Positions 52,127-60,288 of a stretch of 64,000 bases of DNA are shown here, in pieces. Within the stretch, counting starts at the first letter, position 1. Every line of letters starts with the position of its first letter. This DNA is from a virus (lineage: Duplodnaviria > Caudoviricetes): IMG/VR virus record IMGVR_UViG_3300022871_001550, positions 670 through 64,669 of that record; one strand, written 5' to 3'. The translations under genes were made by a program, and so were the position numbers. The notes below the pieces were generated by a model, which saw only the letters and a program-made list of their open reading frames with translations, was not told the origin of the DNA and made no database searches.

Positions 52127-53560
52127 ATGGACAATAATAAAAAATCGACACTGCAAGAGGCAAAAGCCAATTTTGAAGAAATTAAAAATTTTGCAAGAGA
52201 AGCTGCTCGAAAAGAGTTAGAAAATGAAGTAAATGAAAAAGTCGATAAAATATTAAAAGAATCTCTTTCAATAGAAGTTGGAGATAATGGAGATGTTACT
52301 ATTGAAAAAGATGATAAGGTGGTAGAAATTCAAAAAAATGAAGAAGGAAGCACTGAAGTAGAAGTAGAATCTTTATTAGACCATAAGGGAGAGGAAGAAG
52401 AAATTGAAATTGATGAAAACTTAGAAGAAATGATAACATTCGAACAAGAAGAATTTGCTCCACAACAAGGAGAAATGCCAGTTGAAGCACCGATTGAAAC
52501 ACCTGAAGCTCCTGTAGATGATATGCCAGAGGCTCCTGTAGATGATATGCAACAACCAGAGGGCGTAGAACAAATTGCACAAAGCCTAGCAAGTGAAATT
52601 ATTAAATTAGTTCAAACTGCATCGGGTGAAGCATCAGACGGAGCTCCAGAAGTAGTAATTGATGACGAGCAAGATATTAATGCTGAAATGCCAGTTGAAC
52701 CAGCTCCTGCACCAGTAGAACAACCAGTACAAGAAGAAGATGAATTTTTTGAAGTTTCCTTAGAAGAAGAAAATGAAGAAAATGAAGAAAGTGATGAAAT
52801 TTTTGAAATTTCTTTAGAAGAAATTGAAGGTGCTGAAAATGATGAAGAATATTTTAACGTTGACCCTGAAGATGAAGGAGAAATTGAAGCTATGTTAAAA
52901 GCTGTAGGCGATATTGGAAATACAGATAAAAATTGGAAAAAAGAAGCACCAAATTTAGACATACCTAAAGTGGGTGATGAATTAGATATAGAAGAATTTG
53001 AATTGGACGAAGTTAAAATGATGGGTCAATCAAATACAGTACAAAAAACAGCAGGAACCAGCGTAGGTCCTGAATTAGCAGTAAAAAATCGTAACAGACA
53101 AACTTCAAGTATGCCTGTTAATGAAAATAAAGTTCACAATGAGTCTAAAGCAGACGAACTTACAAAGGAAAACAAGCGTTTAAACGAATCATTAAAAGAA
53201 ATGAAAAGTGTAATTAAAGACTATCAAAGTTCTTTTAAAGATTTAAGAAAGCAATTTGATGAAATGCAAACTTTCAATGCAAAGTTGGCTTATGCTAACA
53301 AAATTTTTGCAAACGGTGGATTATCAACAGAAAACAAAGCAAGAATTGCTGAGCAATTTGATAAAACACAAACTGTAGATGAAGCAAAGAATTTATATGA
53401 TAACATCATTAAGGAAAATAAAATTTCTGTAAATGAAAATGTCAAAAAGATTAAAGCTCCAACTACAAATAATGTTAAATCTAAAAATACTTTTTATGAA
53501 AGTAAAGATATGACAAGACGTAAAGTATTAGCGGGAATTCAAAAAGCAGAAGAAATTTAA
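52127..53560 (+). CDS. Prohead scaffold/core protein (gp22-like)
   Basis: Acidic coiled-coil between the protease and the major capsid gene; FNAKLAYANKIF; tandem PEAPVDDM. Confidence 0.8.
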   Translation: MDNNKKSTLQEAKANFEEIKNFAREAARKELENEVNEKVDKILKESLSIEVGDNGDVTIEKDDKVVEIQKNEEGSTEVEVESLLDHKGEEEEIEIDENLEEMITFEQEEFAPQQGEMPVEAPIETPEAPVDDMPEAPVDDMQQPEGVEQIAQSLASEIIKLVQTASGEASDGAPEVVIDDEQDINAEMPVEPAPAPVEQPVQEEDEFFEVSLEEENEENEESDEIFEISLEEIEGAENDEEYFNVDPEDEGEIEAMLKAVGDIGNTDKNWKKEAPNLDIPKVGDELDIEEFELDEVKMMGQSNTVQKTAGTSVGPELAVKNRNRQTSSMPVNENKVHNESKADELTKENKRLNESLKEMKSVIKDYQSSFKDLRKQFDEMQTFNAKLAYANKIFANGGLSTENKARIAEQFDKTQTVDEAKNLYDNIIKENKISVNENVKKIKAPTTNNVKSKNTFYESKDMTRRKVLAGIQKAEEI

Positions 53561-53598
53561 AATTTCTTAAAAAAAACAAACATTTAAAATTTAAAAAA

Positions 53599-55254
53599 AT
53601 GAGTGAATTATTAAACAGTGGTAAAGTTGGATTAACAATCTTTAAAAACCTTGCCGAACAAAGAAAAGCAATTGTTGTCAATTGGAATGAATCTGGCCTT
53701 TTAGAAGGTTTAGGTGGAATGAAGAAAGTAAACATTGCACAACTTTTGGAAAGTCAAGCTCAACATATGCTTAACGAAGTAACATTAGATGCTTCTGCAG
53801 GTAGATTTGACACAGTAGCTTTTCCAATCGTAAGAAGAGTATTCTCAAGACTTCTTGCAAATGAAATCGTATCTGTACAGCCTTTAGCGCTTCCTTCAGG
53901 TCTTTTATTCTACATGGACGCTAGAGTATCTTATGACGGTGCTGATAACACACAACAAGACCCAGTTACAAGAGAAGATGCATGGTTAAATGCTAACGGT
54001 AACATGTCAAAAGTTCCACCAAGAAGCGGAGCTAATAGTCAAGAAGGTCCTACGTTTGCTACAACAACAGCATATGAAAGATTTTATAACAACCGTGGTT
54101 TCGACCTTTCATTCGGTTCAGGTTACACAGCTTTAGGTACATTTGCAACAGTGAATGCATCTGGATTTACTGGTGGTTTAGCTACTCAAACTTTTGCTTT
54201 AGGCGTAGGTTTTGATGTAAGTAAGCAACAGTCAAGTGCAACTGTACGTCTTTCTGCAAGTACTGCTATTTATTACAGTGCAGGTTCAACAAACATCCTT
54301 GTAGTAGCTGCTGGCTCTCCAATACCTTTCTATTCACAAATTCAATCTTGGACACAAGACCAATTTGCTGGAAATCAAGCTAACGTTGTTATGGACCTTA
54401 GACCAGCTTCTGTAATTGGAAGTGACTTTAATGTCGATATGATAAATGATAATACTAACTTTGGTGCTGCATATAACATAACTATCGCTCCTGTATATGA
54501 AATCTTCCAAGACCTTGAAGGTTCTGCTGATATGGGTGAAATCACATTGAGATTCTCAAGTGTAACAGTTAACACTATTACAAGAAAACTTAGAGCTCAC
54601 TGGACTCCTGAATTAGCTCAAGACCTTGAAGCATACCACTCAATTGATGCTGAGGCTGAATTAACAGCTTTATTGTCAGAGCACGTTGCTGCAGAAATTG
54701 ACAGAGAAATTCTTATTGACCTTATCAACCAAGCTCCTTTCAGAGCACGTTGGGACTATAATGGATTATCAAATAACGCTAACTTCTTTGGAACACAAAA
54801 AGACTGGAATCAAACTCTTATTACAAGGGTAAATGAACTTTCAGCTCAGATTCACAAAGCAACACTTCGTGGTGGAGCTAACTGGATTGTTTGTTCAGCA
54901 GAAGCTGGAGCAATTTTTGATGACCTTGAGTATTTCCACGTTGATACTTCAGCTGCACCAGAAAGCGAAAAGTACAACTTAGGTGTTGAAAAAATCGGGA
55001 ACTTAGGTTCAAGATATGTTGTATATAAAGACCCTTATTTACCAGCACAAATCGTGTTATTAGGTCACAAAGGTTCTACATTCTTAGAGGCTGGGTACAT
55101 TTATGCACCATACATCCCATTACAATTAACACAAACAATCACTGACCCTAACGACTTCACACCTCGTAAAGGAATCATGACAAGATACGCGAAGAAAATG
55201 GTTAACAACCGTTTCTATGCAGTAGTTTATATTGACAACATTAACACTTACTAG
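53599..55254 (+). CDS. gp23: Major capsid protein (T4 gp23-like)
   Basis: PIVRRVF..L.ANEIVSVQP..LPSGL.FY, TRKLRAHWTPELAQDLEAYH.IDAEAEL, YAPYIPL and FTPRKGIMTRY. Confidence 0.97.
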   Translation: MSELLNSGKVGLTIFKNLAEQRKAIVVNWNESGLLEGLGGMKKVNIAQLLESQAQHMLNEVTLDASAGRFDTVAFPIVRRVFSRLLANEIVSVQPLALPSGLLFYMDARVSYDGADNTQQDPVTREDAWLNANGNMSKVPPRSGANSQEGPTFATTTAYERFYNNRGFDLSFGSGYTALGTFATVNASGFTGGLATQTFALGVGFDVSKQQSSATVRLSASTAIYYSAGSTNILVVAAGSPIPFYSQIQSWTQDQFAGNQANVVMDLRPASVIGSDFNVDMINDNTNFGAAYNITIAPVYEIFQDLEGSADMGEITLRFSSVTVNTITRKLRAHWTPELAQDLEAYHSIDAEAELTALLSEHVAAEIDREILIDLINQAPFRARWDYNGLSNNANFFGTQKDWNQTLITRVNELSAQIHKATLRGGANWIVCSAEAGAIFDDLEYFHVDTSAAPESEKYNLGVEKIGNLGSRYVVYKDPYLPAQIVLLGHKGSTFLEAGYIYAPYIPLQLTQTITDPNDFTPRKGIMTRYAKKMVNNRFYAVVYIDNINTY

Positions 55255-55272
55255 TAATAGTATTACCAATAG

Positions 55273-55303
55273 AAAGAGGAAGCTTATGTTTCCTCTTTTT
55301 TTT
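55273..55303 (+). terminator. Intrinsic terminator after the major capsid gene
   Basis: aaagaggaa-gcttatgt-ttcctcttt followed by a T tract. Confidence 0.85.
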
Positions 55304-55380
55304 GCAATAAATTTTAATCCTCTTTTAGGAATAATGACAGTTTTTTGAAACTATTTATAATTAAATACGTATAATAAAAT

Positions 55381-56877
55381 ATGAAAAATACAAAATTTGT
55401 TGCAATATGTAAAAAAACTCAAAAAGTTTTTAATGATTATAAAAATTTATCTGGAACTTTAACTTCACATTTAAAATTAATTGAGCCCAGTTTAATACAC
55501 CCATCATCTTTTATAAAAAGACAATATAAAAAAATACATAACCAATATTGGCATGAACAATTTTTTAATGTTGTCGAAATAGATGATGATACTGAATATA
55601 AAAAATGTCCTTATTGTAATTGGGAAACTAAAGATATAAAAAATAAATCTGGACAATTTACACTTCACTTAAAAAATAAGCATAATATCAGCATTATTCA
55701 ATATCTAATTGAATTCCCTGAAGAAAAAGAGCTTTTTAAAACTTTCATTAAAAAACATGAAGATAAGGAAAAAACATTTAGTAATGAAGAAAATTTTATT
55801 ATTTGTGCCATATGCAATAAAAAAATGAAATCTTTAACTAATTCTCATCTAAAAAAACATAATATTACATTAAGTGATTATAAGCTTAAATATCCAAATA
55901 GAGAATACCATTCAAAAAGTTTTATTTCTAAAACTTCTAAAAATCTTATAGAAGCAGCAAAAAAAATAAAAAACTCATATGTTTCAAAACCAGAAAAATC
56001 ATTAAAAGAATTTTTATTAACTTTAGGATTAAATATAGATAAAAATAATAGAAAACTTTTAAATGGTGTAGAAATTGATGTAATCAATCATGAAAACAAA
56101 ATTGGAATAGAATTTAATGGAAATTTATATCATTCAGAAAATTATGGTGGAAAGCAAAGAAAATTTCATCTAAATAAAACCGAACTTATGAATCAAAAAA
56201 ATTATCGTTTGATACATATTTTTGAAGATGAATGGGAAAATAAAAATAAAATAGTCAAAAATAAATTAAAGCATATTTTTAACAAAAATAATTCTACAAT
56301 AATTCATGCAAGAAAGTGTATTTTAAAAGAAATAGATTCAACTTTAAAAAATAATTTTTTAAATAATAATCATATTCAAGGTGAAGATAAGTCAAACGTT
56401 CATGTTGGAGCTTTTTTTAATGATGAGCTGATTTCTGTAATGACTTTTGATAATAATAGACAAATGAATAAAAAACAAAATAAAAAAGACGAATACGAAT
56501 TAAAAAGATTTTGTACCTCATCTAAGTATATAATTTCAGGAATTGCAAATAGACTTTTATCTTTCTTTATTAAAAAATACAATCCTAAAAAAATTATAAG
56601 TTTTGCAGATAGAAGATGGACATTAAATAAAAACAATAATCTCTATGTAAACTTAGGATTTAAATTAACTAAAATTTTACCACCTGATTATACATATTAT
56701 AATTCAAAAATTAGTAGATATAAAAGACTCCATAAATTTTCTTTTGGAAAATCATCTTTAAAGAAAAAATATCCAGAAATTTATAATGAAAATAAAACAG
56801 AATGGGAAATGATGCAAGAATTAGGATATGATAGGATTTGGGATTGTGGAAAATTCAAGTATGAATTAATTTTTTAA
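55381..56877 (+). CDS. Putative free-standing homing endonuclease (Hef/Vsr-like PD-(D/E)xK) with zinc fingers and a C-terminal GNAT-like domain
   Basis: CPYC..H..H and CAIC..H..H fingers; EIDV...GIEFNGNLYH...IHIFEDEW; FL..NHIQG, YELKRFC, SFADRRW and GYDRIWDCG; more AT-rich than its neighbours. Confidence 0.7.
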   Translation: MKNTKFVAICKKTQKVFNDYKNLSGTLTSHLKLIEPSLIHPSSFIKRQYKKIHNQYWHEQFFNVVEIDDDTEYKKCPYCNWETKDIKNKSGQFTLHLKNKHNISIIQYLIEFPEEKELFKTFIKKHEDKEKTFSNEENFIICAICNKKMKSLTNSHLKKHNITLSDYKLKYPNREYHSKSFISKTSKNLIEAAKKIKNSYVSKPEKSLKEFLLTLGLNIDKNNRKLLNGVEIDVINHENKIGIEFNGNLYHSENYGGKQRKFHLNKTELMNQKNYRLIHIFEDEWENKNKIVKNKLKHIFNKNNSTIIHARKCILKEIDSTLKNNFLNNNHIQGEDKSNVHVGAFFNDELISVMTFDNNRQMNKKQNKKDEYELKRFCTSSKYIISGIANRLLSFFIKKYNPKKIISFADRRWTLNKNNNLYVNLGFKLTKILPPDYTYYNSKISRYKRLHKFSFGKSSLKKKYPEIYNENKTEWEMMQELGYDRIWDCGKFKYELIF

Positions 56878-56999
56878 ACAAAATCCATTCGCTTTATTTC
56901 ATCTCTAAATGCTTTAAGTTTTCTTTTTTTTACTATTTATAATAAACTACTTGAATGTTTTTCAATCATAGTATAATTATAATATAAAAAATTTTTAAC

Positions 57000-57290
57000 A
57001 TGGCACTATACAATCAAAATTACGAAGCAAAACTTTTAACAGTAGTAGACTCTCCTTATACGACAGGGGATTTAGGGAATGGAATAACAGCCTCTACAAT
57101 ACATCAAATTGTTTGTTTATCAAGCGGAAACATTAACATTACAGCTCTTGGGGGTGGTAGTTTTATTTGGTCTGCAACAACAAGTCAATCTATTGATATT
57201 TTTATGGGAGGTTGTGATGTATTATCAGGTGAATTTGTAGGCTTTAAGTCACATTATTCAGGAAAAAATTCAAATTCAATAAAATATTAA
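57000..57290 (+). CDS. Small virion protein (putative)
   Basis: 96-aa ORF preceding the neck genes. Confidence 0.55.
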   Translation: MALYNQNYEAKLLTVVDSPYTTGDLGNGITASTIHQIVCLSSGNINITALGGGSFIWSATTSQSIDIFMGGCDVLSGEFVGFKSHYSGKNSNSIKY

Positions 57291-57303
57291 AAAATAAAAA
57301 ATT

Positions 57304-58503
57304 ATGTCATTTTGCGCAGATGGTTGTTTAACGGGAATGACTTCAACCCAACAAACAAACCTTTTTAATAGAATAAGAAGAAAAATAGGAGCTCCTGTTA
57401 TGGGGGTGGAATTAGTTGATGAACAAATTGAAGAATGTGTTTGTGAAGCAATTGAAGAATATTCTAGTTTAATAAACAATTGGGTATTAGTAAATAGATT
57501 AGGCGAAATGCTTGGTATGCCATCTGATGTAGATTTTACTTTAAAATATGTTTCTAATAGTTTATATTTTGAAAAATCTTTTGGAAAAGCGATTGCTGAA
57601 CAAACAGGTTTAGGTGCAGAGGGAACACGTCCAATTAAATCAGATTATATTAAATTAACTGGCGGTACTCAAATGTATGAGATTCCTGCTGAAAGAGAAA
57701 TGAATGAAGTATTATGGTTTACCCCTTCTTTTATTAACTTATTTGGATTAGACCCTTTTGCAAATACGAATATTGCCTTTTCAGAATTTGGTGCCTCCTT
57801 TGCTGGTCACACTTTATATCACGTAATGCCTGTTTTTGATACTATTATGACAGCACAGGCTGCTGAGCTAAGAAATAGAGTTAGAGGTTCTGAATATTCT
57901 TATGTTATTAGACCTGGAGAAGAAGGAAAAAAATATTTATTTTTATATCCTATTCCACGAGTAGGCACATCAACAGATGCAGGTACATCTGGAGGAATTG
58001 GTGGTGGTGCAGGTACTCCTGGAACAGTATTTTACCGTTATTATGACAGATATGGACATTATGGTAATCCAGATTTTTCAGGGAACACAGCAAATCCAGG
58101 ATGGACAGGTTATACAGATACTGAAATTAATCAAGGATATCAAGGAAATGGTTTAGTTTCATCCCCTGCTGATGCCCAACTTAATTATATTTCATATGCT
58201 CAATTAAATTCTAATGCTCAAACCTGGGTTAAAAAATATTCTCAAGCTTTAGCAAAAGAATTACTTGGTATAGGAATTAGAGGTAAATTCAATGGAGTTT
58301 TACCTATTCCAGATGCAGAATTAACAATGAATAAAGATGATTTAATCTCCACTGGTAGAGAAGACCAACGGCTTATGAAAGAAGAATTGAAAGCTGACCT
58401 AGGAGAAATGAGCTATGACAAAATAATGGCAAAAAGAGCTGAAATTCAAGATGCTGTAAATAAAAGCTTAAGTTATGGACCTATGGGGCTTTATCTATGG
58501 TAA
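57304..58503 (+). CDS. Neck/head-tail adaptor (T4 gp13-like)
   Basis: IRRKIGAPVMGVELVDEQI and WVKKYSQALAKELLG..RGKF.G.LP.P...LTMN. Confidence 0.8.
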   Translation: MSFCADGCLTGMTSTQQTNLFNRIRRKIGAPVMGVELVDEQIEECVCEAIEEYSSLINNWVLVNRLGEMLGMPSDVDFTLKYVSNSLYFEKSFGKAIAEQTGLGAEGTRPIKSDYIKLTGGTQMYEIPAEREMNEVLWFTPSFINLFGLDPFANTNIAFSEFGASFAGHTLYHVMPVFDTIMTAQAAELRNRVRGSEYSYVIRPGEEGKKYLFLYPIPRVGTSTDAGTSGGIGGGAGTPGTVFYRYYDRYGHYGNPDFSGNTANPGWTGYTDTEINQGYQGNGLVSSPADAQLNYISYAQLNSNAQTWVKKYSQALAKELLGIGIRGKFNGVLPIPDAELTMNKDDLISTGREDQRLMKEELKADLGEMSYDKIMAKRAEIQDAVNKSLSYGPMGLYLW

Positions 58504-58539
58504 TATATAAATACAAACATCTTAATTAATTATATAAAA

Positions 58540-59106
58540 ATGAGTGATATAAACGAAATAGGAAAGAAACCAGAAGCTTTCAAAGAACATGAAAATAACC
58601 TAAAAGGTATAAATACGTTCTTTGGTGAAAAAGAAGCTACTTTTTTTCATTCTGCTGGTCGTGAAATTTCTGAACAAATTTTGCAAGAAAGTTTCTTATT
58701 ATATCGCATTGATATTAGAAAAACAAAAACACATAAGCTTTATGGTGAAGCTAAGGTTAAACGCTGGCTTCCAGAAACAGAGGTTTTTGGAAGAATTAAT
58801 GTAGAAGTAGTAGAACCTACTTATCATGTAAAAGGTGGCCTTGTAAAGAAAGGAATGGGTGTATTTACAGCACATATTTACATAGAACATCTTGAAGAGT
58901 TAAATTTAGTAACCAGAAAATCAGATAATGAAATATTAGTAGGATTTAAAACAGGAGATTATCTTGGATTTAAAGGACAATTCTATGAAATATATGATGA
59001 TGGCTATGCACAAATAACTAATAAACATTCTTGGGCTGGTGATAGAAGATTTTATGTTACAATAAAAGCAAATGAAATTGATGAAGATGTTTTTAAGGCA
59101 AGATAG
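58540..59106 (+). CDS. Neck/head-closure protein (T4 gp14-like)
   Basis: LYGEAK.K, then GDYLGFKGQFYEI; follows the gp13-like gene. Confidence 0.7.
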   Translation: MSDINEIGKKPEAFKEHENNLKGINTFFGEKEATFFHSAGREISEQILQESFLLYRIDIRKTKTHKLYGEAKVKRWLPETEVFGRINVEVVEPTYHVKGGLVKKGMGVFTAHIYIEHLEELNLVTRKSDNEILVGFKTGDYLGFKGQFYEIYDDGYAQITNKHSWAGDRRFYVTIKANEIDEDVFKAR

Positions 59107-59445
59107 AAATCCCTCTTAAGGTAATAAAGGTTACTTTATTTTTGCAAGTAAAGAGATTCCTAAGTGAAAGAGCTTTTCTTGAAGCACAGTTCCCCCTATA
59201 GGAAATTTTAAAAAAAAATCCTTTAGAGAAACTGTACTTCGAGGTTAAAAATGCGTCCTTTAGCGATTTCACTCCCCCATCGCAACTAACCTAATCATAT
59301 ACATTGGTTAGCCTGAGACACAATCAGCTGTATATAAGCTGCCTATTCGGGTTTGTCTCTTTGTTCTCCCGTGTCCAAATAATTACCCTTGATGGACTAC
59401 TTGTTATAGGGCAGGTGTTTTTAGCCGTCTCCCTATTAGTATTTC
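59107..59445 (-). ncRNA. Unclassified structured RNA (~340 nt)
   Basis: GC-richer interval with no credible ORF and at least 6 consecutive stems; G-U pairs form only on the minus strand; promoter immediately upstream. Confidence 0.65.
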
Positions 59446-59449
59446 GTGG

Positions 59450-59480
59450 CAAATATATTAAAAATTTTTCAATTATCAAA
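59450..59480 (-). promoter_or_regulatory. Perfect Bacteroidota sigma-A promoter driving the putative ncRNA
   Basis: Minus strand TTTG (59480-59477)-N19-TATATTTG (59457-59450). Confidence 0.75.
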
Positions 59481-59510
59481 AAAAATATAACTATTTATAA
59501 AAAAAAGATT

Positions 59511-60221
59511 ATGTCTGCAGACAAAAATATTGGAAAAAACTTAGAAAATCAGTTTGAAAATCATAATTATTTACCTCAAAAATTAGGGTTAGAAGATTTT
59601 GGTTTTGGAATTAAAGAATTTATTGAACAACAAGAACTTAGTGTAATTATTGAAAATGGCACAATGAAAAAAGTTCCTATAATTTATGTTCAACAAGAAA
59701 AATGGGCTGAAAGAAAGATGAATTGGAATGGAATGAGAAGTGAATTAGGAGAAGAAGTTACTCGTCCATTTATAGCAATGTCTAGGACAAACGTTAAAAG
59801 AGGAACTGCTCCTTTAAAATTTACAATTCCAAGAAAAAAAATGTTTACATTTGTTAAAGTCCCTATTTTTGATGGAACTTTAAAAGGATATGATTTATAT
59901 AAGATACCTCAACCAACTTATGTGGATATTGAATTTGAGGCAATTTTTGTAACTCATTACATGCAAGATGTTGATGATTTTTATGAGATGATGTTAGAAC
60001 AAGCGTTTTCAGATGACCAGGGATATTTTAAAGTTAATGGATATGATATTTCTTCTAAAATTGGAGAACCTTCAGAAAATAATATAGTAGATGAGATTTC
60101 TTCTGAGAGAATTTTTCAAATATCTTTTCCTATTACTGTATTTGGTAAATTAATAGATTCAACAAAATTTGAAAAAGTCAATACTATTACTAAAATTTCT
60201 ATTAAAATTTCGGAGAAATAG
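59511..60221 (+). CDS. Tail terminator/sheath stabiliser (T4 gp15-like); start reassigned from 59304
   Basis: KVPIIY..QEKW, PFIAMSR and IPQPTYVDIEFE; upstream of the sheath gene; TATTTAT at 59492 precedes ATG 59511. Confidence 0.7.
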   Translation: MSADKNIGKNLENQFENHNYLPQKLGLEDFGFGIKEFIEQQELSVIIENGTMKKVPIIYVQQEKWAERKMNWNGMRSELGEEVTRPFIAMSRTNVKRGTAPLKFTIPRKKMFTFVKVPIFDGTLKGYDLYKIPQPTYVDIEFEAIFVTHYMQDVDDFYEMMLEQAFSDDQGYFKVNGYDISSKIGEPSENNIVDEISSERIFQISFPITVFGKLIDSTKFEKVNTITKISIKISEK

Positions 60222-60288
60222 GGAATTTCCTGTTTTTTTTATCTATTTATAAAAAAGAAAAAAATTAAACTTAAGTAAATTTAATAAT

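Larger units (their letters stand above)
816..60250. promoter_or_regulatory. Recurrent putative late-promoter motif TATTTAT on the sense strand upstream of gene starts
   Basis: Plus strand: 3006, 7337, 18774, 41213, 41696, 43535, 44655, 49939, 51391, 52094, 55352, 56934, 59492, 60244. Minus strand (ATAAATA on plus): 816, 2908, 8952, 12290, 18731, 23913, 42714, 43494. Confidence 0.75.

Noticed and set aside
52502-52550. Tandem 24-nt repeat (PEAPVDDM twice) in the scaffold gene
   Set aside because: An ordinary low-complexity linker duplication in a disordered acidic region.
58506-58513. T4-type TATAAATA on the sense strand before the gp14-like gene
   Set aside because: An isolated instance in very AT-rich DNA. 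The consistent motif elsewhere has the opposite orientation, and this gene is probably co-transcribed with the gp13-like gene.
59107-59445. Identification of the structured region as tRNA, tmRNA, RNase P RNA or an intron
   Set aside because: I see no cloverleaf or T-loop with a CCA end, no GGGG...CCA termini and no RNase P P4 consensus. The flanking genes are complete, so it is not an intron.
59304-59510. 69-codon N-terminal extension of the gp15-like ORF from a TTG start
   Set aside because: It overlaps the structured RNA, its promoter and the TATTTAT motif. ATG 59511 fits the spacing seen for other late genes.
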